From Candidatus Latescibacterota bacterium (GTDB lineage Bacteria; Latescibacterota; UBA2968; UBA8231), in the NCBI GenBank assembly GCA_022825835.1, contig JAJDVZ010000156.1, positions 17,825 through 81,824 of the forward strand: a stretch of DNA of 64,000 bases, in the 5' to 3' direction. Each line of letters opens with the position of its first letter. The stretch's first letter is position 1. Shown in pieces: positions 1 to 8,597 of the stretch. Below the pieces are notes generated by a model that did not search any database, was not told the DNA's origin, and saw only the letters and a list, made by a program, of their open reading frames with translations. The position numbers and the translations under genes are program-made.

Positions 1-515
1 ACGGACATGTCTATCCGCAGCTAGACCAAAGCTACGCCGATTTGCGCTATGCGCAGCGCAATTTGCTCTACCGCAACGAGGGCGGGCGGTTCAGGGAGGT
101 GGGAGAGCAAAGCGGGGCCGTGTGGAAGTTGCAGAAGGTGAGCCGCGCCGCGGCAGTAGGCGATTACGACAACGACGGCGATGTCGATGTTTTCATTATG
201 AACTTGAACGATACGCCGACCCTGCTGCGCAACGACAGCGAGGTCGCCAATCGCTGGTTGGGGCTGCGGTTGGTGGGGGCCGAAGGGCGGATTGCCATCG
301 GTGCTGAGGTGCGAGTGCGCGCTGGCGGCAGCGAGCAAGTGCGAGAGGTCCATCGAGGGTACAGTTTCCAAGCCCAAAACGACCCGCGCTTGTTGTTCGG
401 CCTAGGGCCGGTAGCAGCGGTGGAACAGGTGGAAATCCGCTGGCCTTCTGGGCGGCGGCAGGTTTTGTCGAGTCTGCCGACCGGGCGCTATGTGGAGGTG
501 GTGGAGCCGCCTTGA
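1..515 (+). CDS. CRTAC1-type FG-GAP / ASPIC-UnbV family protein, C-terminal part (5' end outside window)
   Basis: Frame 3 is open from the window edge (GHVYPQLDQSYADLRYAQRNLLYRNEGGRF). A DYDNDGDVDVF Ca-loop is followed by NRWLGLRLVG...EVRVRAGG...QAQNDPRLLFGLG...VEIRWPSG, as in the ASPIC/UnbV C-terminal domain. Paralogous to 16596-18410. Confidence 0.8.
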   Translation, partial: GHVYPQLDQSYADLRYAQRNLLYRNEGGRFREVGEQSGAVWKLQKVSRAAAVGDYDNDGDVDVFIMNLNDTPTLLRNDSEVANRWLGLRLVGAEGRIAIGAEVRVRAGGSEQVREVHRGYSFQAQNDPRLLFGLGPVAAVEQVEIRWPSGRRQVLSSLPTGRYVEVVEPP

Positions 516-2215
516 CTCGAAGGCGCGGGCGGGTCGAGCTGAATTTGCGGAATTGCCTCTGCAAAGATGTGCACCTGATCGGCGTATTCCTCTCGGTAGC
601 GGGCGACCAATTCATTGAAGCGCCGTTCTTGCTCTATGACGCGCAAGATCGCCGCTATGCGCTTGTGCACTGCTGCTAAGGGGGGAATTTCCCCGCCGCT
701 GCGCTCTTTGAGGCGGAAAATGGAATACCCGTCGGGCACTGCTACCGGGCCGACCAAGACGCCGATTTCGGCTGCCATAGCATGGTCCACCAACGCGCCG
801 TAGATCGCCTTCTGATACGAGTGCAGGTGAATCTTTCCCCGACCTTCTGGACCGCCGTGGCGCTGGCTCAGGGAGGCCAAATCGGCTATGGTTTCGCCGC
901 GGTCTAGACGCTGGCGCAGGGCCTTGGCTTGGTCGTGGTCGTCGATTAAGAGTTCGTCTAACCACAATTCTACCGGGGTGCGAAGTTGTTCCTGATGGTC
1001 TTGGTAATACTGGGCCACGGCCGCATCGGTTATGGTTATTTTGTCGCCAATCTCGCTTTGGCGCAGGGCGAGGATGAGCATTTCCTCGGTCTTGCGCTGC
1101 TTCCAGTAACGCATGGCCGGGCTCTCGGTGTAGCCGGCCTCTTTGGCCGCGTGCCAGACCAGCGATTTGGGAATGGGCAATTTCCAGGCCGCGCGGATTA
1201 TCTGCAAGCTGTCGCCCAAGGCCGGCACTTGGCGGCTGCGGCGAAAAGATTCAATGTAGTGCGTCGCGGTTATGCGGCCGCCGTCAAACATGAACAGTGG
1301 TGCCGCGCCTTCTTTGGGGGCGAGTTTGGGATAGGGTTCGACTGCGGGGTCTTGGGCCATGAGAACCGCCAGACCAGCGGAGTGCAGACGCAGATTTAAG
1401 GAAGTCGCCAATTCTTCGATCAGAGCCTGATGCTCGGCGACGAAGCGCTCTTTCCACACATTTTTGTACAGGTCTTGGCGATACTGAGCGAAATCGGCAC
1501 GGCGTTCAGCGGTACAAAAAATTAGCTGGTAATTTTTGCTCAGGGGCAGGATTTCGGACAGGGAACCTATCTCTAAGTTGGCAAAGGTTTGAACGGGAAT
1601 GCCGTGATTGGCGGCACCGACGCGGTTGACATAACCCAAATCGCCGCCATGCTCGGCGGATTGCAGGTCGAGTGAATGGGCCCGGGCCAAGGCGGCGAAA
1701 TCGTCGGCCGTGGCGATCTGCTGGCGCAATTTCACTGCTTTGTCGCGGGTGTTGACCAAAAGGCGGAGCAAGCGCTTTTCGCGCTGGAAGTCGCCGGCGA
1801 CAAATAGGTCCTCAAGTGCTTCGTCGGAAATCTCGATCTGGGCACTTACTTTGACGCTTTGGTAGGTGTTGATGACCTTTTCGCGAAATTTCCAGGCGAG
1901 TTTGTTCTTGAAGGTCAGCACCGTGTCCAAACCTTGGGCACGGGCCGCGTGGGCTAGCAGCTTCTGGTCTATGAGCGATTGCAGATAGTCGCGGCGCGCG
2001 GCATCGCCGCTCTCTTTGGATTTTAGACCGGGACCTAACGAGGCAATGAGACGCTCTACTTCAACCACGAAAATAGAATCGCTGCCGACTTGGGCGACGG
2101 CGATCTCCGGCGCGGAGGGAGGTTGTACAGCGGCGGGGGATTGGTCCTGTGGCGCACAGGCAGACAGAGCCCAACTAAGCGCTAAATACGGTATGAAAAC
2201 AATGGTGCGATACAT
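488..2215 (-). CDS. SurA-like periplasmic chaperone / parvulin-type peptidyl-prolyl isomerase lipoprotein
   Basis: 575-aa ORF with a signal peptide and lipobox-like LSAC. Parvulin motifs GGDLGYV...QLIF and a second degenerate PPIase-like segment. AAGGAA SD upstream of the ATG at 2215. Confidence 0.7.
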   Translation of the reverse strand: MYRTIVFIPYLALSWALSACAPQDQSPAAVQPPSAPEIAVAQVGSDSIFVVEVERLIASLGPGLKSKESGDAARRDYLQSLIDQKLLAHAARAQGLDTVLTFKNKLAWKFREKVINTYQSVKVSAQIEISDEALEDLFVAGDFQREKRLLRLLVNTRDKAVKLRQQIATADDFAALARAHSLDLQSAEHGGDLGYVNRVGAANHGIPVQTFANLEIGSLSEILPLSKNYQLIFCTAERRADFAQYRQDLYKNVWKERFVAEHQALIEELATSLNLRLHSAGLAVLMAQDPAVEPYPKLAPKEGAAPLFMFDGGRITATHYIESFRRSRQVPALGDSLQIIRAAWKLPIPKSLVWHAAKEAGYTESPAMRYWKQRKTEEMLILALRQSEIGDKITITDAAVAQYYQDHQEQLRTPVELWLDELLIDDHDQAKALRQRLDRGETIADLASLSQRHGGPEGRGKIHLHSYQKAIYGALVDHAMAAEIGVLVGPVAVPDGYSIFRLKERSGGEIPPLAAVHKRIAAILRVIEQERRFNELVARYREEYADQVHIFAEAIPQIQLDPPAPSSQGGSTTST

Positions 2216-2568
2216 GACGGTTCCTTTGCAGACTTAAGTAGGTGACAGCCGAGCGATCTGAGCCGTGGTTGAGCAAATTATAACCAATCGAAGGCGGCAG
2301 CAAACGAGCGTTTTAGTCGTGGTAAAGCGCTAGCCGGTGCATGCTTGGTTTGGCTTTTGGTTCCGCCTGCTCAAGTGCCCGCCTTTTATTTTGCTTGATT
2401 TTTAATTTTCAAATTTCGTACCTTGCAGTTAGAGGAGTAAAAATTGGGAAATTTTAGTAGAATCGGCTTTTGTCCCACTCAATCGCGGAAAGGAGGAGAA
2501 CGCATTAGGCTCAGAGCAGTATTTCAGTTAGAACGCAAACTTCATCGTTTTACGAGAAAGGAACTCAC

Positions 2569-3459
2569 ATGACTCGTCGCATCACAACGGCTGCTGTGGC
2601 TCTTACGTTGGGCCTAGCGGTCAACATTTCGGCGCACTCGCCCGAGGGTGCCATTTTTCCGGCCTTCCAGTGGCCAGCCGGCCTCGAGCCCGTCCTAGAC
2701 GGCGTCGGCAGCGAATACGATATCGTTCCCGAAGCGTACTGGCAGACCACCGAGCAGTTTCCCGATACCCAAGGTGGACGGGAAATAGACGCGTCCAATT
2801 TCGACGCCAAAGCCACGGTGACCTACAGCTTGGGGACCAACCGGCTCTATTTTTACAGCGAAGTATTCGACGATATCAACCGACCAGGCGATACCTGGCA
2901 AATTCTCCTCGACGCTGATCACAGCGGTGGTGAGTGCTATCCGGGTGATGAGCGCTTGGACGGCTCTCAGTGCTATCAGACCGAGACCTACAACAATATC
3001 GGCGACACGCTGTTGGGGTCGGAAATTGTCCACTTCTTCTGGGGCGCAGCGACTTGGCTGCCCGAGGAGGGCTGGTACAATGCGGTGGCCACCTTTGAGG
3101 GCGACCACTACGGTCCGGGGACGACCTGGCTAGAGATTCGTTTGGCTCCCACCGACGACATCAATCCCGCCGGTCCTGGAGAGTCGATCCTGCACGAGAT
3201 GCAAGAGAACAATATAATCGGCATCCACTACAACTGGATGGATTACGACGTCGGCTGCCGCCAAGCACGCGAAGGCGAAGAGTGCGGCGGTTGGGACGCT
3301 TTCTACAACCTGAGCCAGAGCGACATTGGCTTTAGGAACGCCGATGGCTGCAGCGACTTCTTCTTGTCGCCCGTTGATGAGAGCGTTGACTTCGGCGCTA
3401 TGACCACTTCGGTTGAAGCCACGACTTGGGGGCGGCTCAAGGCCGGTTTCGTCGATTAA
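2569..3459 (+). CDS. Secreted CBM9/DOMON-like putative carbohydrate-binding protein
   Basis: Signal peptide MTRRITTAAVALTLGLAVNISA. PVLDG...W...ATVTYSLGTNRLYFYSEVFDD resembles CBM9-like domains and the paralog at 54024-54845. The C-terminus ends in TTWGRLKAGF. SD GAAAGGAA. Confidence 0.55.
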   Translation: MTRRITTAAVALTLGLAVNISAHSPEGAIFPAFQWPAGLEPVLDGVGSEYDIVPEAYWQTTEQFPDTQGGREIDASNFDAKATVTYSLGTNRLYFYSEVFDDINRPGDTWQILLDADHSGGECYPGDERLDGSQCYQTETYNNIGDTLLGSEIVHFFWGAATWLPEEGWYNAVATFEGDHYGPGTTWLEIRLAPTDDINPAGPGESILHEMQENNIIGIHYNWMDYDVGCRQAREGEECGGWDAFYNLSQSDIGFRNADGCSDFFLSPVDESVDFGAMTTSVEATTWGRLKAGFVD

Positions 3460-3544
3460 GCTATCCTCCTCCATTCCTAGTGTTGTTTTCGCTGCCTGGC
3501 GTACCGAGAGGGTGCGCCAGGCAGCACATTTTAACCCAATAAGT

Positions 3545-5407
3545 ATGAAAGCCGCGATGCTTCGCCTAGCGCTGCTGTCTTTGCTGATCCCGAATTTGTC
3601 TTGGGGGCTCACCATTTATCGAGTTGGTGGCTACGAGCTTCCCCAGCCCGAATTGGCGGACAATCCAGACGTGGAGTTTGTTCAGTTGAGTTGGGAGGAC
3701 TTCGCCGCTGGAGCCGAGGGCGTGATGGTCGGCTTGGAGGTCGGCAATGAGGGACGGCTCGCCCCTGTCTTCATTCCTTCGGACGAGAATATGGCGGTAT
3801 CTTCCTTTGCCCGGGGCGGCGGTCCCGGCAGTTGGAAATACAATTTTCTCACCAAGGGCGAAGAAATCGATTTGATTGCCGACGGCGACTCAACCACTTT
3901 TCTCGACCCAGCGGTTCTAGTCGCACGCTCGGAGTCGTCGCTGGTGTACCTCGACTTGGGCGGCCGCTTCCTAGTGAATCGGGTCGTCGTCTATCCCCGG
4001 CCAAACTATCCCGACCGCTTGATCGAGGGCTATACCCTGTACTCATTGCCCAAGGGGACGATAAGGCCACAGGGCAAAAATGTAATCGCGCGGGGTATCG
4101 ACAACCGAAATCCGCGGCTCGAAATCAACTTTGTCCCTCGCCTGCTCGACCAGATACAACTCAATATCCACCAAAAAGAGGGTTGGGAAATCGCCGAGTT
4201 GGAAGTCTATGGCGAGGGGTATGTATCCAGTGCTCTGTACGCTTCTGGAGCGTTCGATCTCGGCCAGCCGTCCAGTCTGGGTGAGATCCGCTGGGCGGGC
4301 TTCCAAGATACCGGTGCCAAATTGATCCTCCGCACGCGCAGCGGCCATACGGTAGATCCCAACCGCTACTGGCGTTTTACTGGCCGTGGCGAGGAAAAAA
4401 CCTTCCGCAATGCCCGAGGTGTGCCCTTGACCGCGGCGGACTACAACAATCTGAAGGGCAACAAAGCCGAAATCACCACGGATCTGGACAATTGGAGTTC
4501 GTGGTCGGGGCCCTACGATTGGGCCGACAGTCTTGGCACGCCGATTATCTCGCCGGGTCCCCGACAATTCATCCAAATGCAGTTGGACTTCGCGCCTAGT
4601 GGGCTGGATGGTGCGGCCATCGATTTTATCGAATTCCGCGTCACGCAGCCGCCGGTGGCCGGCCGGGTGCTCGGCGAGATCTGGCCGATTGAAGTAAAGC
4701 CAGGGGAAGAGACGGCCTTTGTCTATGCCATGCGGCCGGATTTTGTCGGGGGCGAAAGCGGTTTTGATCGTTTGGTGTTGGAGACTGCCGGCCAGTTCAC
4801 CAGTGTCGATTCCGTGCGCGTCAACGAGGAATTGCAGGATTGGCGACTCGCCGAGCCTTTGGCGGACCAGCGGCTGGTATTGGAAGTGGTGCGCATGGAC
4901 CGGAGCAAGACTGGCCGCGTGGTGGAAATTTTCTTCAAGGGCCGGGTGTTCCGCTTTGGCACGGTCTTCGCTGCGCAAGTCTTCGATAGCCAACGCCCGC
5001 TAGAAGTGGGGCAGTTGGTGGAAGACGGCGATGCGACCTTCCGTCTAGACAGCAACCAGCGCTCGGTGGGGATTGAATTGGACCGCGAGATCGTCAGTGA
5101 GTTGGTGCTCAGTGCACGGGTATTCACGCCCAATGGCGATCAGGTCAACGATCAGGTCCATATCGAGTACATCCTACTCGAATTGGCCGGGACCGGAGCG
5201 GTGGAAGTGGGCATATTCGATCTGGCGGGTCGCCGGGTGCGCCAGCTATACCGGGGCGCAGACACCAGCGGTCAATACGCCCGGACCTGGGACGGCAGGG
5301 GAGATGGCGGGAGCGTGGTGGCACCGGGTCTCTATCTTTACCGAGTGCAGGTGGATACAGACGAGGGACAGACCGAACGCAGCGGACTAGTAGCCGTCGT
5401 GTATTGA
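3545..5407 (+). CDS. Secreted discoidin (F5/8 type C)-like domain protein with FlgD-Ig / T9SS type-B-like C-terminal domain (paralog 1)
   Basis: Start moved to the ATG at 3545 (MKAAMLRLALLSLLIPNLSWG signal peptide). Discoidin-like block ends in WEIAELEVYGEGY. Shared WSSWSGPY...SPGPRQFIQ block. C-terminal FTPNGDQVND...WDGRGDGGSVVAPGLYLYRV. Confidence 0.8.
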   Translation: MKAAMLRLALLSLLIPNLSWGLTIYRVGGYELPQPELADNPDVEFVQLSWEDFAAGAEGVMVGLEVGNEGRLAPVFIPSDENMAVSSFARGGGPGSWKYNFLTKGEEIDLIADGDSTTFLDPAVLVARSESSLVYLDLGGRFLVNRVVVYPRPNYPDRLIEGYTLYSLPKGTIRPQGKNVIARGIDNRNPRLEINFVPRLLDQIQLNIHQKEGWEIAELEVYGEGYVSSALYASGAFDLGQPSSLGEIRWAGFQDTGAKLILRTRSGHTVDPNRYWRFTGRGEEKTFRNARGVPLTAADYNNLKGNKAEITTDLDNWSSWSGPYDWADSLGTPIISPGPRQFIQMQLDFAPSGLDGAAIDFIEFRVTQPPVAGRVLGEIWPIEVKPGEETAFVYAMRPDFVGGESGFDRLVLETAGQFTSVDSVRVNEELQDWRLAEPLADQRLVLEVVRMDRSKTGRVVEIFFKGRVFRFGTVFAAQVFDSQRPLEVGQLVEDGDATFRLDSNQRSVGIELDREIVSELVLSARVFTPNGDQVNDQVHIEYILLELAGTGAVEVGIFDLAGRRVRQLYRGADTSGQYARTWDGRGDGGSVVAPGLYLYRVQVDTDEGQTERSGLVAVVY

Positions 5408-5432
5408 GCGGCATCCCACGGGAGGAAATAAT

Positions 5433-6302
5433 ATGGACAGCATTTATCTGCGATGGGCCGGATGTGGACACTTTGAGGCGTTGTTGGGCGATATCAACGT
5501 GTGTTTCGATCCCTATCTCTTCGGCGAGGATCTCGAACGGGCCGAGCCGATATTCGACTATATTTTTATCAGCCACGAGCACTTCGACCACTGTCATCCC
5601 AAGACCCTGCGCAAGCTCTGCGCGGGCGATCGCTGGAAAAAACTCTTCGTCCCCATCGGCTGTCTGACGCCCAACGAACCCGTTGACGAAAAGTACGGCG
5701 ATGCCGCTTTTGCGCGCGACCTGCCCATCACCAAGCACATCCCCGCAAACAAGGTCCAGGTGGTTTATCCCAAGTACCAGGATGTCGAGCGCTATGGCCG
5801 CCGCGAATTTCCCGGCCCCTTTGAGTTCGATTTGGGGCCGATTCAGGTTGAAGTGTACGAAAGCGGCGAAAGCGCCCGGCCGGACCTGCCCACTTGCGCC
5901 TATCTAGTTACCCATGCTGCAAGAGACGTAGCCATTTTTCACACCGGGGATTTGCACGGGGCCTATCCGCCGCTGGAGAATCTGCGCGGCCGCGTCGATT
6001 ACCTGGTACACATGAAGACGCCGATGGAGCCGCTCATCAAGGCGGTGCAGCCCAAATTTGTCGTTCCCACCCACTACCGCACCGACCGCCAGGCCGAGCC
6101 GATTCCAGCCGGTCATTGGCCGCCCAATCTGACCGACGTCAATGCCTTCCTAGAAGACTTGCGGGAGCAAATTGACGGCAAGGCCCAATTGCTGCCTTTT
6201 ACCGCGCCGATTCAATACGAAGTGGAGATGCCGGCCAAGAAGGTCAAGTGGAAGTGGGAATGGTACAATTCATGGGATGTTCCGGCTTGGCGAGAAGAGT
6301 AG
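5433..6302 (+). CDS. MBL-fold metallo-hydrolase
   Basis: 289 aa with SHEHFDHCHP (a variant of HxHxDH) and downstream His/Asp ligands (HTGD, PTHY). No signal peptide. SD GGGAGGAA 7 nt upstream. Confidence 0.8.
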   Translation: MDSIYLRWAGCGHFEALLGDINVCFDPYLFGEDLERAEPIFDYIFISHEHFDHCHPKTLRKLCAGDRWKKLFVPIGCLTPNEPVDEKYGDAAFARDLPITKHIPANKVQVVYPKYQDVERYGRREFPGPFEFDLGPIQVEVYESGESARPDLPTCAYLVTHAARDVAIFHTGDLHGAYPPLENLRGRVDYLVHMKTPMEPLIKAVQPKFVVPTHYRTDRQAEPIPAGHWPPNLTDVNAFLEDLREQIDGKAQLLPFTAPIQYEVEMPAKKVKWKWEWYNSWDVPAWREE

Positions 6303-6324
6303 GGGCAATCCCTTGTGGTTGCCC
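6302..6324 (+). repeat. REP-like hairpin GGGGCAATCCCTTGTGGTTGCCC directly after the MBL stop codon
   Basis: 8-bp stem with a 6-nt loop. The same motif family recurs at 42970-42991 (same orientation) and at 43006-43027 and 43079-43100 (reverse orientation). Confidence 0.6.
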
Positions 6325-6459
6325 AATCCCCTATGGACGGTGTATAGCCATCCTAAATCCTTCACCAGACGATCCGCAGATGGACGCAGAATAGTAGAAA
6401 CAAGACGATCCGCAATCTGAATCGTTTAAGTCATGCAGGACTGTTATAAAAAGAAAAGT

Positions 6460-8580
6460 ATGAGTAGGAAAATGTACGGCCTGCTCGCCTTGGCGTTGCT
6501 GTCGTTGGCAGCCGATGCCCCAGCGCAGACAATCGCCTTGGGGGGAGAGGGGCGTGCGTGGCCGGGTGGTGGGGAAGAAATCGACCCGCAATTCCGCTTG
6601 TCCAATACTGAGTTGGCCGTTGGCAATACGCCGGGCGGCGTCATCGACTTCGCATTTGCCGAGGGGTGGATTTTTCCGCAACAGATCGACACCGGGCGGA
6701 ATCTGGCACTAGGCGCGGCCGACAGAGGCGGCGGCATGAGCTCGCCCCTGCCCTCGATCAGCCAAGAGTCGCTGGCGGCCATCATCGACGAGGATGCAGA
6801 AACGGCCTTTCGCCGCAAGGCCAGTGCCGCCGGGGAAGTGGTCATCGCCCGCGGCATTATTATGGACTTGGATTTGGGCGCGCGCTTTGGTGTCAACCGG
6901 ATCCGGTTTTTTCCGCGCAACACGGTTCGCGCCAATGAGGAGTTCAAGTTCGAAAACGACTTTATGCGAGGCTATTCTCTAGAACTGAACGACGGCAGCG
7001 AAGAGACGTCCGTAGAAGGCCGCCCGCAGTACACTACCTTCGTCCGGGTCGAGGACAATACGGATGCAGTCGTCGATTTGTCTTTGCCCCTGCAATTTGT
7101 GCGCTATGTGCGGCTGGTATCGCTGTCCAATATCGGCTTTGAAGTCGATGAGTTGGAAGTATTCGGCGCGGGCTTTGTGCCCGAAGCCCAGTACCTGTCG
7201 GATATCTTCGACTTAGGCGATCTGGCCAACTGGGGCAACCTGCGCTGGAGCGAGCGGCGCGAGGGCATAGCCGGCTTGTCGGATATTCGCGTCTTCACCC
7301 GTTCCGGCCGCGACACCACGCCCTTTGTCTTCAATCGCTTTAACGCCGATTTGCAGGAAGTGCCCTGGAAGGCGTCGGCCGAAATCAACGGCGTCTTGCT
7401 CGATGACTTGCCCATTGACGGGGCTTTTGACCAGTTCAATTCCCAACCCGAATCCGTCCGCCAGGCCCTCACCCTCTCCCAGGCCGATCACGCCAGTCTC
7501 CCCCTCCAACAAAAAGCGCCCATCCGGGACGACCTAATCAACTGGAGCAATTGGTCGCCCCCCTATCCGTTAGAGGGCACGACCCCGGCTGGTACGCCTA
7601 TTGTCTCGCCTGGTCCGCGGCAGTACTTCCAGTTCAGGATCGATTTTGTCAGCCGCGATTTTCTCGCCGCGGCCGGAGTCGGCACCCTGTCCTTTGATGT
7701 GGCCAGACCCGTGCCAGCCGAAAAAATTGTCGGCGAAATCTTCCCCCGCGACGTCGCCGCCGGAGAGGTGGTGGAGTTCACCTATGGGGCGCGGGTGGGA
7801 GTCCGGCCGCAGGATACGGGTTTCAATCGCTTTGAAATATCCTCGCCGAGCATCTTTGAAAAAATCGGTCGCATAGAGGTGCTCAACGCCCGGGACGAGC
7901 TTATCGCGGGGGAGGATTTTGACGTGGCCCTCGCGGCGGCGCAATTGCCGCTGCACAAGGGCGAATTCAGCATTGAAAGCGCCGAGGATGGCCGCTTTGT
8001 GGTGGGCTTTCCACCTGTCGGCGATGGCGATTTGCTCAAGATCACTTTTACGACCTCGGTCCTGCGCTTTGGGCAGGGATTTGCCGGTCGGGCTTGGCTG
8101 GTCGATCCCAGCGTGGCAGACGAAGGGCAATTGCCGCAGTTGGTCGTGCCGGGCAATGCAGCCCAACTGGGAGCCGCAGATGTGGATCCCAGGCCGGTGG
8201 GCAGCGAGGACCTAACCGCGGTGGATAACAATCTAGCGGTGCGCATTGCCATCAAGGGATCGCTGCTGGGCCAGCTCCAAGTGACCCCCGAGATTTTTAC
8301 TCCCAACGGCGACGGAATCAACGATGCGGCTGCGGTCCATTTCGAGGTGCTGCGGCTGGGCGTAGGTGCTCCGCTGAGGGTGGAGATTCGCGATCTAAGC
8401 GGGCGTTTTATTGCCGCGGCCTTTGCTGACGACCGAGCTAGCGGTCGCTTTACAGCCACTTGGGATGGGCGGGATGGCAACGGCGCTGTGGTGGCACCTG
8501 GCATCTATTTGGTCCGCGTCTTGCTCGATACCAATGTCGGCTCCGAGGCAAAAACCGGCCTCGTTAGCGTGGTGTACTGA
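6460..8580 (+). CDS. Secreted discoidin-like domain protein with FlgD-Ig / type-B-like C-terminal domain (paralog 2)
   Basis: Signal peptide MSRKMYGLLALALLSLAADAPAQ. The start could also be 6433 or 6472. Discoidin-like block ends in VDELEVFGAGF. WSNWSPPY...SPGPRQYFQFR block. C-terminal FTPNGDGINDAA...WDGRDGNGAVVAPGIYLVRV. Confidence 0.8.
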   Translation: MSRKMYGLLALALLSLAADAPAQTIALGGEGRAWPGGGEEIDPQFRLSNTELAVGNTPGGVIDFAFAEGWIFPQQIDTGRNLALGAADRGGGMSSPLPSISQESLAAIIDEDAETAFRRKASAAGEVVIARGIIMDLDLGARFGVNRIRFFPRNTVRANEEFKFENDFMRGYSLELNDGSEETSVEGRPQYTTFVRVEDNTDAVVDLSLPLQFVRYVRLVSLSNIGFEVDELEVFGAGFVPEAQYLSDIFDLGDLANWGNLRWSERREGIAGLSDIRVFTRSGRDTTPFVFNRFNADLQEVPWKASAEINGVLLDDLPIDGAFDQFNSQPESVRQALTLSQADHASLPLQQKAPIRDDLINWSNWSPPYPLEGTTPAGTPIVSPGPRQYFQFRIDFVSRDFLAAAGVGTLSFDVARPVPAEKIVGEIFPRDVAAGEVVEFTYGARVGVRPQDTGFNRFEISSPSIFEKIGRIEVLNARDELIAGEDFDVALAAAQLPLHKGEFSIESAEDGRFVVGFPPVGDGDLLKITFTTSVLRFGQGFAGRAWLVDPSVADEGQLPQLVVPGNAAQLGAADVDPRPVGSEDLTAVDNNLAVRIAIKGSLLGQLQVTPEIFTPNGDGINDAAAVHFEVLRLGVGAPLRVEIRDLSGRFIAAAFADDRASGRFTATWDGRDGNGAVVAPGIYLVRVLLDTNVGSEAKTGLVSVVY

Positions 8581-8597
8581 ACGGGAGGGCGTTTTCT